Shown here one piece after another: positions 9,264-20,495 of a stretch of DNA of 64,000 bases (position 1 is its first letter; each line of letters begins with the position of its first letter). The translations under genes were made by a program, and so were the position numbers. This DNA comes from an uncultured delta proteobacterium (lineage in GTDB: Bacteria > Desulfobacterota > Binatia > Binatales > Binataceae), in the NCBI GenBank assembly GCA_963842085.1, contig CAWJET010000001.1, positions 448,001 through 512,000 of the forward strand. Direction: 5' to 3'. Below the pieces are notes generated by a model that ran no database searches, had not been told where the DNA came from, and saw only the letters and a list, made by a program, of their open reading frames with translations.

Positions 9264-10547
9264 ATGCAGGAGAAAAATGTGCTTGTGTGGCGTGCCATGA
9301 CATTGGCGTTTTTCATCGCTTGGTTGACTCCGACGGGAATCGTTTGGGCGGCGGCGGAACAGCCGTTGACGGTCGAGCAGTTGGTGGAGATTGCCATCGA
9401 AGTGAATCCTCAGGTCAGAGCCACGAAGGAACAGTGGGACGTCGCCCAGCATCAGATCTTGCAGAACTATGCGCCGGCGGATCCGCTCTTCACCTACGGA
9501 AATGTTGAGAGCAGCAAAGATTTCAACGCGGCGCTGCATAGCCATGCGGTCAGCGAAAACTTCCAGTTTCCGGGAGAGGCGTTTCTACAGGCGGATCAAG
9601 CAAGGCGGACCGCCGAGATTGCGCGTTTGACGTATCAGGCGGCGGTGCGCGACTTGCGAGCCGGCGTCGAGACCGCCTATTACCGGGTACTGCTGGATGA
9701 GGGGCTGATTGGAATCAACGCCGAGAATATTGCGAACCTGAAGCAGGTCGTTAACGTAACCCAGGTCCAATACACGGGGGGCCAGGCGGCCCAGTCCGAT
9801 CTCATCGGAGCTGAGTTCAATCTCGAGCAGGCTCAGTTGCAGCAGCGCCAGTACCAAACCAACCGCCTGAACGACCGAGCAGGGCTGAATCAACTGCTCT
9901 ATCGGAAACCCGCCTCACCGTTGGATCTTGATCGGAAGATCGAGCTGAAACCCCTGCAGATCCGGCTGGATAAAGCGGTCGACACCGCAACGCACGCACG
10001 CCAGGAGATACTCGAGGCCGCGCTGACGGAGAAAAATTCAACCACGGCGCTGAAACTCGCTGAGATGGAATATCTGCCGAACTATACGGTCGGATACGAG
10101 TTTGACTACATCCTGCAACCGGGCGCGCAGCCGCTGCCCACGGTGACTCAGGGCAGTACATGGACCATCGGATTCAATGTGCCTATATTTTTCTGGATCC
10201 ATCAGCGTGAGGACGTGCACGCGGCGCAGCATTCGTTGCAGGCCGCTCGTTACGGCATGAACTCCGTCCTGAGCCAAACTGAATCGACCGTCACGCAACT
10301 GTACCAGTCCGCGCAGTTCGCCTACGAGTCGGCGCAACAATACAAGGGATCGCTGATCCTCTTGGCCGACAAGAACTTCAAAGTGTCATTGGTCGCTTAT
10401 CAGTCGGGTAAAGTCGACTTCCTTACATTGTCCTCGGCCTTGCAGAGCGCCTACACGTCGCGCCTCACCTACCTTCAGAACGCCAACCAGTTCCTCGCCG
10501 GAGAAGTGGCGTTGGAGCAGGCGATGGGAGTCTCGTTCCAGAAATGA
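9264..10547 (+). CDS. TolC/CzcC family outer membrane efflux protein
   Basis: Signal peptide, LTVEQLVEIAIEVNP, YLPNYTVG, IGFNVPIF, YQSGKVDFL. Confidence 0.88.
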   Translation: MQEKNVLVWRAMTLAFFIAWLTPTGIVWAAAEQPLTVEQLVEIAIEVNPQVRATKEQWDVAQHQILQNYAPADPLFTYGNVESSKDFNAALHSHAVSENFQFPGEAFLQADQARRTAEIARLTYQAAVRDLRAGVETAYYRVLLDEGLIGINAENIANLKQVVNVTQVQYTGGQAAQSDLIGAEFNLEQAQLQQRQYQTNRLNDRAGLNQLLYRKPASPLDLDRKIELKPLQIRLDKAVDTATHARQEILEAALTEKNSTTALKLAEMEYLPNYTVGYEFDYILQPGAQPLPTVTQGSTWTIGFNVPIFFWIHQREDVHAAQHSLQAARYGMNSVLSQTESTVTQLYQSAQFAYESAQQYKGSLILLADKNFKVSLVAYQSGKVDFLTLSSALQSAYTSRLTYLQNANQFLAGEVALEQAMGVSFQK

Positions 10548-11713
10548 AGTGCGGCACAATTACCAGAGGATGCGTGACGGCCCTATCGGGCTTGGTCATA
10601 GCTTTGATGGCGCTGAGCGTGCTCAGCGGATGCGACAGTCCGGCATCAACTCCGGCCGCTACCGGATCCGCGCCACCCGAACTGCCAACGTTGGTTCATC
10701 AGTCAGACGGCCGCGAGTTGATGGTTGTTGCTCGAGCGCAGGAAGGGTCGATTAAGACGATCAGAGAGATACCACTGCCAGGCGTTCTGGAAGCGGTGGG
10801 CCAGGTGACGTTCGACGATCGTCTGGTGTCGACCATCATCTCGCGGGTCACCGGGCGGATTGAGGAAATCCGGACATCGCAATGGGATACGGTCCGGCGC
10901 GGTGAGCTGGTGATGTCACTCTACAGCCCCGACCTCATGACTGCCCAGGCGGAATACCTGGAGGCAACTTCCGGTGCTAGCCAAAGCGGCGCCGCCGGCG
11001 CGCAGACCGACGCCTTTGGCGTGCCGGCCGGCAGCTTTAACATGACGGCGAACCTGAAGGCCGCCGCCGTGCGCAAGCTTGAGCTTCTGGGTTTTTCAGC
11101 AGCGGATATCGCCGCGATCCGGGAACCGAGCGTGTCGGTCTGGATGCGTGCGCCGATCAGCGGAATCATCGTGAGCAAAAATGCAGTGCGTGGGCAGCAG
11201 GTCAACCCTGGCGACCAGCTTTTCTCTCTCGCCACGCTTGAACGCGTATGGATCACCGCGGACATTTATGAAGACGACCTCGCCCGGGTGAAGGTCGGAC
11301 AGAGCCTGGAAGCGGTTACCGCCGCTTATCCGGGAGAAGTCTTCAAGGGAACGATTCAGAGAATCAGCCCCAGCCTCGATCCAAACACTCACACCCTGCA
11401 ATTGCGCTGTCAGGTCAGCAACCCCGGCTCGCAACTGAAGCCGCAAATGCTGGCCCGCGTGCGCATCGTAACCGGCCCGGGTCTGGCACTCGTGATTCCG
11501 CAGTCAGCGTTGGTCTTCGATGATAACGCCTACTATGCCTTCATCGTAGCGGGCGCCAACAGCGTTGAGCGTCGGCGCGTAGACATCGCCGATTGGAATG
11601 AGCACGGATACGCCCGCGTAATAAGCGGCATCAAGCCAGGCGACCGATTCTTTACCACCGAGTCACTGCGGTTGAACGCGCTGTGGCATGCCGCGCACGG
11701 CCAGGCCTCCTGA
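10544..11713 (+). CDS. RND periplasmic adaptor (CzcB/CusB-like)
   Basis: Lipobox LSGC, LYSPDL..AQAEYL, RAPISG, LKPQM. Confidence 0.9.
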   Translation: MKCGTITRGCVTALSGLVIALMALSVLSGCDSPASTPAATGSAPPELPTLVHQSDGRELMVVARAQEGSIKTIREIPLPGVLEAVGQVTFDDRLVSTIISRVTGRIEEIRTSQWDTVRRGELVMSLYSPDLMTAQAEYLEATSGASQSGAAGAQTDAFGVPAGSFNMTANLKAAAVRKLELLGFSAADIAAIREPSVSVWMRAPISGIIVSKNAVRGQQVNPGDQLFSLATLERVWITADIYEDDLARVKVGQSLEAVTAAYPGEVFKGTIQRISPSLDPNTHTLQLRCQVSNPGSQLKPQMLARVRIVTGPGLALVIPQSALVFDDNAYYAFIVAGANSVERRRVDIADWNEHGYARVISGIKPGDRFFTTESLRLNALWHAAHGQAS

Positions 11714-11723
11714 GAGAAATGCG

Positions 11724-14700
11724 ATGATCAGAATCTTAATGGACCTCGCGCTCCGTGAACGCGTGGTGGTTATCGGCGCCGCCATCTTGCTCGCAATCGC
11801 AGGGTTTTATTCCTTTCGCGAACTTGACATCGAGGCCTATCCCGACCCCGTGCAACCGCGCGTCGAGATCATCACGCAACCACTCGGGCTGAGCGCAGAG
11901 GAGGTCGAGAAGATCGCCACGATACCGCTGGAGGTCGGCTTGGCCGGAATCCGCAATCTGGAGGCGATGCGGACAATATCTCTCTTCGGACTCTCTGACG
12001 TAAAACTTTATTTCACCTGGGACAGCGACTACTACTGGGACCGCGTCGAGACTATCAATCGTCTAGGACTGGTTACCCTGCCGCAGAACCTTTCCCCCTC
12101 GATATCACCCGACAACCCGATCGGCGAAATCTACCGTTATATCGTACAAAGCCCGGACCATAACCTCCTTGAGGAAAAGGAGGTCGAAGACTGGGTGCTC
12201 GAAAAGCAGCTCAAGACGGTGCCAGGGGTCGAAGATGTGTCAGGCTTTGGCGGCTTGACCAAACAGTACCACGTAGACGTGGATGCCGCGAAGCTCAATC
12301 ACTACCAGTTATCGCTGGCGACGCTGACCAGTGCGATCGCGAACGCGAACATCAATGTCGGTGGTAACTACGTCGAGGTTGGCCAACAAGCATTCGACGT
12401 TCGAGGGATCGGCTTCGTCACTACCCTGGATGACATAAGGAATATCGTTCTCAGTAGCAGCAACGCCACGCTCAATAGCAGCATCGCCATACCGGCTCGC
12501 GTGCGCGATGTCGCCGAAGTAAACCTCGGCTACGCGCCGCGGCTGGGGATCGTCGGAAGGAACGAGAGAGACGAGGTCGTCGAAGGCATCGTCCTGATGC
12601 GCAAATATGGCGATACACTAAAGACGCTCAAAGGGGTGGAAGCGAAGGTACGGGAGCTGAACAGCTCCGGCACCATGCCGGCTGGCTATAAGGCTGTTCC
12701 GTACTACGACCGTACCTCGTTGGTCGATACCACCCTGCGCACGGTGTTGGAGAACCTGGGACTAGGGATGCTCCTGGTGTTCCTCGTGCTGATCTTTTTC
12801 CTCGGCAACCTGCGAACCGCAGTTATCGCCGCATTGAATATCCCGCTGGCCATTTGCGGAGCATTCATCCTGCTGTATCTGACTGGAATACCGGCAAATC
12901 TGCTCTCGCTGGGTGCGGTCGACTTCGGCATCATAATCGATTCCACTGTCATCGTGATCGAGAATATTTATCGTCATCTTACCACGGACAACCAGCCCGG
13001 CGAGAGCGAACTTCAATGCATTCGCCGTGCGTCTCTGGAAGTTGGAGGGCCGATGTTCTATTCGACCCTGATTTTCCTGGTCGCTTTTTTGCCGTTGTTC
13101 ACGATGCGCGGGGTCGAGGGTGTCATTTTCTCTCCTATGTCACACACCTACGCATTTGCGCTGACCACCGCGATCGTGCTGGCGATCACGCTAACACCGG
13201 TTCTGAGTTCCTTCCTGCTCCGCACGGGGATGAAGGAAACCCACAATATAGTCTGGGAGGGGTTTCATCGCTTCTATCACAACCTTTTCATAAGGGTTTT
13301 ACGATGGCCTTATCTGACGCTGGCCGCAATCATCCTCGTCATGGCCGGTGGGCTCTCGCTGTTTCCGCGTCTGGGCGGCGAGTTCTTGCCGAAGTTGGAG
13401 GAAGGTAACATCTGGGCCAGAGCGACGCTGCCGCTCAGCACCTCACTCTCTCACGCAAACGACGTGGCACGGGGCACCCGTGACGTATTCAGATCGTTTC
13501 CCGAGGTAACGGACGTCATCTCACAGACCGGTCGTCCTGACGACGGGACTGACGCGACCGGATTCTTCAATATCGAATATAACGTCGATCTCAAGCCGCA
13601 GTCCCAATGGCGGCCAGGCCTCACCAAGCAGAAGCTGACCGACGAGATCGATGACCGGCTCAGGCGCAAGTTTCCGGAAGCAGTTTTTGGCTATTCGCAA
13701 TATATCGAAGACAACATAGAGGAGGCGTTGTCTGGAGTTAAGGGTGTCAACGCCATCAAGGTCTATGGCCCTGACCTCGTCCTTGACGAGCGGGTAGCCA
13801 ACGAGACTCGAGAGGTAATCGACGGCGTGCGCGGGATCGCTGACGTCGCAGTCTATCGAGCAATGGGGCAACCAAACCTGCTCATCAAACCAGATCGGCA
13901 AATTTGCTCACGCTATGGACTCAACGTGGGCGATGTCGCCGCGGCCGTGCAAGCCGCGATCGGCGGTCAGGCGGTCACACAGGTACTGGAAGGAGACAGG
14001 CGGTTCGACCTCGTGGTTCGTTGGCAGCCCAAATACAGGCAGAGCTCTGATGCCATACGTCAAATTCAAATCGCCCTACCCGGCGGCGGCTACGTCCCGC
14101 TCGGCCAGGTCGCGGATATTACTACCGCTGAGGGCGCGTCATTTATTTATCGGGAGGGTCTCCGCCGCTACGTTCCGATAAGATTCAGCGTCCGAGGCCG
14201 CGACATGCAGAGCACCATCGACGAGGCAAAGAATGCCATCGCCAGGCAGATCAGGCTCCCCGCGGGCGTTTCGCTGGACTGGGTCGGCGAGTACAGCGAG
14301 CTCCAGCAAGCCAACCGACGCCTGGAGATTGTTATTCCCTTCGCGCTGCTTGTGATCATGGGGATTCTCTACGCCGCGACCTTGTCGTTCATCAACACGC
14401 TCATCTTGATGGCGCAGGTGCCGTTGGCTTGCCTGGGTGGTGTGCTCGCACTGGTCGTCACCGGCACGCCGTTTAGCGTCTCCGCCGCAGTCGGCTTCAT
14501 CTCGATTTTTGCAATTGCAATCATGGACGGTATTCTACTTAACTTTTACATCCATCAACTGTGGAGGGAGGGACACTCCGTCGTCGATTCAATCGTCATG
14601 GGCGCCGACCGGCGCTTCCGCGCGCTGATGATGACGGCCCTAGTCGACGGTCTGGGCTTGCTGCCGGCGGCGCTTTCAACTCGAATCGGCGCTCAAACGC

Positions 14701-14849
14701 AGCGTCCTTTGGCGATCGTGGTGATTGGTGGCGCGATTTCGATAGCGCTGTTGACACGGGTATTTCATCCAACGCTGGTTTACGTCTTTCACCGGCAGCT
14801 CGGTTTGACCGACGGTCGACGACCCGAACCCCAAGAAAGGAGAATATGA
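11724..14849 (+). CDS. CusA/CzcA heavy-metal efflux RND transporter
   Basis: IEAYPD, ANLLSLGAVDFGIIID, EFLPKLEEG, RRFRALMMTA, QRPLAIVVIGG. Confidence 0.95.
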   Translation: MIRILMDLALRERVVVIGAAILLAIAGFYSFRELDIEAYPDPVQPRVEIITQPLGLSAEEVEKIATIPLEVGLAGIRNLEAMRTISLFGLSDVKLYFTWDSDYYWDRVETINRLGLVTLPQNLSPSISPDNPIGEIYRYIVQSPDHNLLEEKEVEDWVLEKQLKTVPGVEDVSGFGGLTKQYHVDVDAAKLNHYQLSLATLTSAIANANINVGGNYVEVGQQAFDVRGIGFVTTLDDIRNIVLSSSNATLNSSIAIPARVRDVAEVNLGYAPRLGIVGRNERDEVVEGIVLMRKYGDTLKTLKGVEAKVRELNSSGTMPAGYKAVPYYDRTSLVDTTLRTVLENLGLGMLLVFLVLIFFLGNLRTAVIAALNIPLAICGAFILLYLTGIPANLLSLGAVDFGIIIDSTVIVIENIYRHLTTDNQPGESELQCIRRASLEVGGPMFYSTLIFLVAFLPLFTMRGVEGVIFSPMSHTYAFALTTAIVLAITLTPVLSSFLLRTGMKETHNIVWEGFHRFYHNLFIRVLRWPYLTLAAIILVMAGGLSLFPRLGGEFLPKLEEGNIWARATLPLSTSLSHANDVARGTRDVFRSFPEVTDVISQTGRPDDGTDATGFFNIEYNVDLKPQSQWRPGLTKQKLTDEIDDRLRRKFPEAVFGYSQYIEDNIEEALSGVKGVNAIKVYGPDLVLDERVANETREVIDGVRGIADVAVYRAMGQPNLLIKPDRQICSRYGLNVGDVAAAVQAAIGGQAVTQVLEGDRRFDLVVRWQPKYRQSSDAIRQIQIALPGGGYVPLGQVADITTAEGASFIYREGLRRYVPIRFSVRGRDMQSTIDEAKNAIARQIRLPAGVSLDWVGEYSELQQANRRLEIVIPFALLVIMGILYAATLSFINTLILMAQVPLACLGGVLALVVTGTPFSVSAAVGFISIFAIAIMDGILLNFYIHQLWREGHSVVDSIVMGADRRFRALMMTALVDGLGLLPAALSTRIGAQTQRPLAIVVIGGAISIALLTRVFHPTLVYVFHRQLGLTDGRRPEPQERRI

Positions 14850-14897
14850 AAAAACATAATTAAGTGGTGGCGCACCTCAGGGTTGGAAAGCGCGTTA

Positions 14898-14973
14898 TGC
14901 CGGGGGCGGGACTCGAACCCGCACGGAGGTTGCCCTCCCGAGAATTTTAAGTCCTCTGCGTATGCCATTTCGC
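14898..14973 (-). pseudogene. tRNA-Leu(TAA) lacking the 5' acceptor strand, probable att duplication
   Basis: GCGAAATGGCATACGCAGAGGACTTAAAATTCTC-variable arm-GCGGGTTCGAGTCCCGCCCCCGGCA. The upstream GCCACAGATC cannot complete the acceptor stem. Confidence 0.8.
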
Positions 14974-15855
14974 GATCTGTGGCTAACAAAAGATCCGAGT
15001 GCTCCGGAAAGTCTGAAGTTTTTAGATCGGCCGCCGTTGAATCGCCGGCATGCTTAATTCGAGCGATCCGTCATCTCGGTTGTTGCCCGTCGATTCCGGG
15101 TCGGGCGGGAAGGCGTCAGCCGTTCTTACCTGGTTCCTGTCAAGATAGGCTTCGACCGCGACTATCGTATCGCGCTCGGTGTGGATCGGCCCCCTCGCCA
15201 GTCTTCGGAGCTGAGCGGCGGTGACCCGGAACAAGTTGGCGATTTTCAGCAATTGCTCGGCCATTAGCGGCCGTGTTCATACCCCAAGTCAGCGGGAAAC
15301 ATCCACTGAATCGATCATCGAGCGCTGCAGCATCCGCTTACCTAGACTATTATCTTACCCGTTCCGTCTTCGCCTTCCATCCGGCACTCGGCACAATCGG
15401 TTATCCAAACCGGCTACGCTAAAATAACCTAATATCCGGATAAGATCGCCATCTCGAAGGTCTCTCGCTATCAACTAAAAGTGGGCAAGGTTAAGTCGGA
15501 TAGAGCCCCATTGCGGGGGCATCCGCGCTATGACGCGCGGTCTTTAGTAAACCGCGCAGACACGCCAAGACCACTTCACTCGGTTTCGAGCTGACGCGCA
15601 ATAGTGCTATTTTGCTCCCCGTAGCTAATCCGAGCAGTGCTGGCGTGAACCTAGCCATTTACGATCGGGGTCTCCATCCAGCGGTTCGTGCCAGCCAGGC
15701 TCAAAGTTCAGGGGGTCTAGTTCGGGGGCTTCTACGTTCGGCGGGTTCTGACGTCCAGGCGGCGTTATGGTTCACGCGCGACCGACAAATGGCGCTCAAT
15801 GGCTTCTGGCCGGTCGCGATTGCGCGCGACCTCGTCGCCGGGCACGATCGGCGTG

Positions 15856-17094
15856 ATGCTCGACCAGGAAGCAATGCAGATCGCCCGGAACCGGCTCAAC
15901 GCGGAGTCGGCGCGGCGCGGCCACCTCTTTAGCGACGAACTTCAGCGGGTTCAGAGCGAATTTGCGATCAAAGGACTCGCACATTCCGGTGCGCTCATCC
16001 GAGCCGTCGCCGACGTTTGCGCGAAAGAGATCGAGGACGCGACCGAGCGGCTCTGGGAGATCATTCGCGACCTCCTTCGGGAGACCGACGCCGCTCCCTC
16101 GCCTGAAGCGGTCGCGACCCTTTACCGTCAGATAGATGAACTGTGGGTGCCTTATCGCTCTGCAGGGCCAGAAGAGCAGTTTGAGGCGATCTGCCGGCGT
16201 GACGGCACCGATCTTCTGTCCATGAAGAACGCGACCAACTTCGGCAATCGAAATATCGGCGCACGCATGCGAATCCGGTCCGAGGTCGAACAGTTCGTCC
16301 GCTCGCTGCGCAACCGGGTCCGTGTTGGCACTGCCTCAAGTGATCGCTCCAAGGTGTTTCTAAGCCATGCCGCGTCAGACCGATCGATCGCGTCGCTATT
16401 GAAGGCAGAGATCGAGCGTCGCCTGCCCGGTGTAAGTGTATTCTGTTCGAGCGATCCTGCGGACCTGCCGCCGGGCACCAAGTGGTCGGCGGCGATTCAA
16501 GAAGCTCTGCAAGACGCGACTATGCTGATATTCGTCGCATCAGAGCGTGGCGTGCAGCGGCAGTGGGTCTGGTTCGAGTGCGGAACGTTCTGGTTCAGCC
16601 GAAGGAAGATCATGCCCCTCTGCCTCGGCCAGGTTCGAAAGAACGCCCTCCGTCAACCTCTCTCGGAACTGCAGGCCATCAACGGCGACGAATCCAGCGA
16701 CTTGAAGACCGCCCTTGATGTCGTCGCCACAGCTACCGGTTTGTCCGTTTCTGATGCCTCCGATCTAGATGGCCTTTCCGAAAAGCTGAAGCTGTTGGAT
16801 CGCGAAGCCGCCGCCGTTATGAGCGCCGCATCCGGCTGGCTTGGGGCCGAGTGGGACGGAAAGTTTATAGCGTACAAAGGTCCCTATGAAGTCCTTCCGC
16901 GGATAGAAGATCACAACTTTGGAATTTCTATGCAGGAAGCTCTCAAGGCGGCCGGCTACACAGTGACCCTGTACGACAGGAACAATTTCGCGGCGATGGC
17001 CGAACCAAACCATTTCGTCTGGTTGACCGACAGGAAATCATGGAGATGTCGCGTCGTTAAGGGTGATGCATACCTCGTCGCAAGACCTACCTGA
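15856..17094 (+). CDS. TIR-domain protein (helical N-terminus, central TIR, unknown C-terminus)
   Basis: KVFLSHAASD, GTKW..IQEAL, QWVWFECG (TIR catalytic Glu position). Confidence 0.82.
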   Translation: MLDQEAMQIARNRLNAESARRGHLFSDELQRVQSEFAIKGLAHSGALIRAVADVCAKEIEDATERLWEIIRDLLRETDAAPSPEAVATLYRQIDELWVPYRSAGPEEQFEAICRRDGTDLLSMKNATNFGNRNIGARMRIRSEVEQFVRSLRNRVRVGTASSDRSKVFLSHAASDRSIASLLKAEIERRLPGVSVFCSSDPADLPPGTKWSAAIQEALQDATMLIFVASERGVQRQWVWFECGTFWFSRRKIMPLCLGQVRKNALRQPLSELQAINGDESSDLKTALDVVATATGLSVSDASDLDGLSEKLKLLDREAAAVMSAASGWLGAEWDGKFIAYKGPYEVLPRIEDHNFGISMQEALKAAGYTVTLYDRNNFAAMAEPNHFVWLTDRKSWRCRVVKGDAYLVARPT

Positions 17095-17494
17095 CTTTCC
17101 ACGCATGTCTCCTGCGATTGCGCGTCATCTCGCCGCAGGGAAATGATGGGGCGTGATGGCGCGTGCCCCAATGCGGCTAAACGGAAAATGAGCTACACGA
17201 AATTCGCTCTCTCATTCTGGCAGATCGAGCCAATACAAGGAGAATCCCTGCAGATTTTCTAAGTAAGACAAGGATTAAGAGGGGAAAAGAAAAGAGTGGT
17301 GACCGGTCGTCCCACGGCTGCGGACCCCCGGTAAGCTCCCGGTGTCAAGGCGACCTCGGCCTTCCGAGGTTCATTAGCGGGCAGTTCGTACAAATATTAC
17401 TCTGCGCAGCTGAGAATGTGGTAGTTTTGTCTTGCAACCCTGGGCATCCCTGCGTCGGTGTCAGGTGCGATGTCCGTGGGGCGGGGGAGGAGTC

Positions 17495-19519
17495 ATGGGC
17501 GGGAGGGTTCGGGTCGAAGGCGGGGTCGCAATCCCTTTTCACGTGTCACGCGACGAATTTGTCGCCACCATTGATCATGCGGTAGTGCGGTCGCAGCGTT
17601 CGTTGATAGAGCTTCAGCGGGCTGAGGGATACTGGCATGCGCCGCTGGAGGCGAACGCACAGATGAATGCCGAGTTTATCATTTTCAGCCACTTCATGGA
17701 CTCGGTCGAGCCAATGCTTGAGGCTAAGCTCGCGAAGTTCCTATTGGATACACAACAGCCGGACGGCAGTTGGAACCTCTACAGGGGCGGAGAGGGCTAT
17801 CTCTCATACAGTATCGAGGCCTATTTCGCGCTCAAGTTGGCGGGCTCGAAGGCGAGCGACGACCCGATGGTGGCGGCGCGCTCATGGATCCTGTCACGGG
17901 GAGGTATCGAAGCAGCGGGTACGCTCGCGCGCTTCTATCTCGCCTCGTTGGGTCAGGTACCGTGGGACGCGACCGCAGCGCTGCCGGTGGAGCTCGCCCT
18001 TTTGCCCGTCTGGTTTCCGGTTAACGTTTACGAATTAGCCTCGTGGGCGCGCGGCACGCTGTTCTCTCTCATGGCTCTGCAGAGCTCGCGGCCTGTCATA
18101 GGGATTGAACCAGATCGCAGCGCGTTTGAGCTTTACTGCCGACCCTTAGCTTCAACCAAGTTCAGGCAGCCGCGCGCGCGGAAACTCTTTTCTCTTCGCA
18201 ATTGCCTTAACGTCGCGGACCGAGTGTTGCGCATCTATGACCACCATCACTTCAGCGGTTTGCGAGCACGTGCCCTCCAGTGCGCGGAGACTTGGTTGAT
18301 ACGGCATCAGGACGCCAACGGTTCATTTGGCGGGATCGAACCCTGCTATTTGCTGACACCGATGGCGCTAAGGGCGCTTGGTTATCGCAACGACCATCCG
18401 GTCATGAGGAAGGCGATCGAGGCGACGCGCGAGCTCGTATGGGATTTCGGCGACACTGCGCTTTGCATGCCGTGTGTGTCGCCCAACTGGAATACGGCCC
18501 TGGCGGTTAAGGCCCTTTTGGATTCAGAGTTGGATGCAGGCCATCCCGCGCTCCAGCAGGCTGGCAAGTGGCTTATCAACCATCAGATTTTCAAGCGCGG
18601 AGATTGGGCGATCAAGCGACCCTATCTAGAGCCCGGCGGATGGGCGTTCGAATTCTACAACGATTGGTACCCCGACGTGGACGACTCCGCCGTCATTGTA
18701 ATGACCTTGGCTAGGATGCAGGTTGATCACTCCGCCGCAAAAGAGCGCGCGGTCCTAACCGGAGCGAATTGGGTGATTGGAATGCAGTCGAGAGACGGCG
18801 GCTTCGCGGCATTCGACGCCGACAATGACTCCGAATGGCTCAACCATCTCCCGCTTGCGGATGTTGAGGCCGTAACCGACCCCTCCTGCGCCGATCTCAC
18901 CGGTCGCGTGCTCGAGATGATGGGGACGCTTGGTTATCGTGCCGATCATCCGATCGCTTGCAGGGCTGTCGCATGGCTAAAGCGCCACCAGACGCCGGAG
19001 GGCGCCTGGTGGGGGAGATGGGGCGTCGCGTACATTTACGGCACGTTTTCGGCTCTCGCCGGGCTGCGCGCAGTCGGTGTCGATCTGAACGCAGCCTGGA
19101 TCAAGCAAGCAGTCCAATGGCTCAAGTCCAAACAGAATCCCGACGGGGGCTGGGGCGAAAGCCCGCTCGCCGATAAGGACCCCGCCTGGCGCGGGCGCGG
19201 CAGCAGTACCGCCTCGCAGACGGCGTGGGCGATAATCGGGTTGCTGGCAGGCGAGGACAATGTAAGCGACCACGTTGTTCGTGGTGTGCAGTGGCTCATT
19301 GAGCGACAGAACGAGGGCGGCGGGTGGGAGGAGGCCGAATCGACGGGCAACGGCTTCCCGAACCACTTTTATCTGCGCTACTACCTGTATCCGCATTGCT
19401 TCGGACTGATGGCGCTCGGCCGCTTCCGTGCGCGTCTGAAGGAGGTCGGCCGATCGATAAATCGCCCATTGGGCGCGGTCGGGATGGGACTTCCCGATAC
19501 CCCAACCATGGCCCGGTAG
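17495..19519 (+). CDS. shc: Squalene-hopene cyclase
   Basis: YPDVDDSA (DxDD), multiple QW repeats (QPDGSW, QSRDGGF, QNPDGGWGE), WWGRWG, GFPNHFYLRY. Confidence 0.93.
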   Translation: MGGRVRVEGGVAIPFHVSRDEFVATIDHAVVRSQRSLIELQRAEGYWHAPLEANAQMNAEFIIFSHFMDSVEPMLEAKLAKFLLDTQQPDGSWNLYRGGEGYLSYSIEAYFALKLAGSKASDDPMVAARSWILSRGGIEAAGTLARFYLASLGQVPWDATAALPVELALLPVWFPVNVYELASWARGTLFSLMALQSSRPVIGIEPDRSAFELYCRPLASTKFRQPRARKLFSLRNCLNVADRVLRIYDHHHFSGLRARALQCAETWLIRHQDANGSFGGIEPCYLLTPMALRALGYRNDHPVMRKAIEATRELVWDFGDTALCMPCVSPNWNTALAVKALLDSELDAGHPALQQAGKWLINHQIFKRGDWAIKRPYLEPGGWAFEFYNDWYPDVDDSAVIVMTLARMQVDHSAAKERAVLTGANWVIGMQSRDGGFAAFDADNDSEWLNHLPLADVEAVTDPSCADLTGRVLEMMGTLGYRADHPIACRAVAWLKRHQTPEGAWWGRWGVAYIYGTFSALAGLRAVGVDLNAAWIKQAVQWLKSKQNPDGGWGESPLADKDPAWRGRGSSTASQTAWAIIGLLAGEDNVSDHVVRGVQWLIERQNEGGGWEEAESTGNGFPNHFYLRYYLYPHCFGLMALGRFRARLKEVGRSINRPLGAVGMGLPDTPTMAR

Positions 19520-19690
19520 GTAGACGAAGAAGTACTGAATAAAAGGTAAGAATTGCGAACAGCCACCATCTTGGACTTATCGAAACGCGCCATTCTTTGC
19601 CTGAGAGGCAGCGAGAAATTCATCAGGCCGTCCTTGCAAAAAGTCTCAGTCATTTTGGTAACGCCGATAGGTCGCTGACACCTATGACGG

Positions 19691-19980
19691 GGTCACCCAG
19701 ATATTCCGGCGCCAGCGGCTCGCCCCCCCATCGACATGCGGCTGCTGCACTTCCCGGAAGGTGCAGCTGGGTACCGGTGCGGCGTCTAAGTATTTCAGGG
19801 AAGATGGACGTGGGGATGGGAGGGTGAGTCACCCCGATATCCGGGCGCCAGGGGCTCGCCCCCCCCATCGATACCCAGGAATGGATCGTGCCTGATATGC
19901 AGCAGTGCCCCTAAGGATTTCAGCGACGACAGGCAGGAAGAGAAAAGGGTGAGGTCACCCTAATATCTGGGCGCCGGCTC
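19691..19980 (+). repeat. Three degenerate direct repeats (30-45 bp), ~130-bp period
   Basis: GTCACCC.GATAT.C.GGCGCC..GGCTC at about 19691, 19828 and 19953. Confidence 0.7.
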
Positions 19981-20495
19981 AACAAGAGCGCTACACAACC
20001 GTGCCGAGGCCGTTGTTCCAATACGAAGTCCACCGCGTCGAGTTTGTGCGTAGTCGCGATTGCCTTGGCCGCGGGCCGACTCCAGACGTCGCGTTCGAGC
20101 GGAATTGCGCCAGGATTCATCACGCCGGTCCATGAGAGCGCTGGCAATTCGATGAGACGAGCGTCCCAGCGACTTCATCCGCGCGGATTAAAGTTGTGAG
20201 GAACCACAGGCCTTCGGCTGTCCATTCAAGGAATTCGATCGCTGTAACCAGTTGAGGGTTTGAGCCAGCGGCATCTCTTCATATCCTCGGCCGCCGCGAA
20301 ATAGATGTCCGCATATGAATTTGCAACATGAATCGATTAAGTATGGCTAATCCCTATAGTGCGCTAAGGTAGCGAAACATCAACATATGTAGAGGAACCG
20401 ACGAGATAGCAAAGGCCTGTCACAGAGGACGAGTTTTGTCATCGCTAGCTGATGTCTGTTTATTCCTGCTTAGTTTTTTGATATTAACTCAGACC

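Noticed and set aside
14898-14983. Functional tRNA-Leu gene
   Set aside because: The 5' acceptor strand does not pair with the 3' strand
17495-19519. Complete hopanoid biosynthesis cluster
   Set aside because: Only shc is present; no adjacent hpn genes in this window
19691-19980. Possible CRISPR array
   Set aside because: Only three degenerate repeats, ~90-bp spacers and no cas genes
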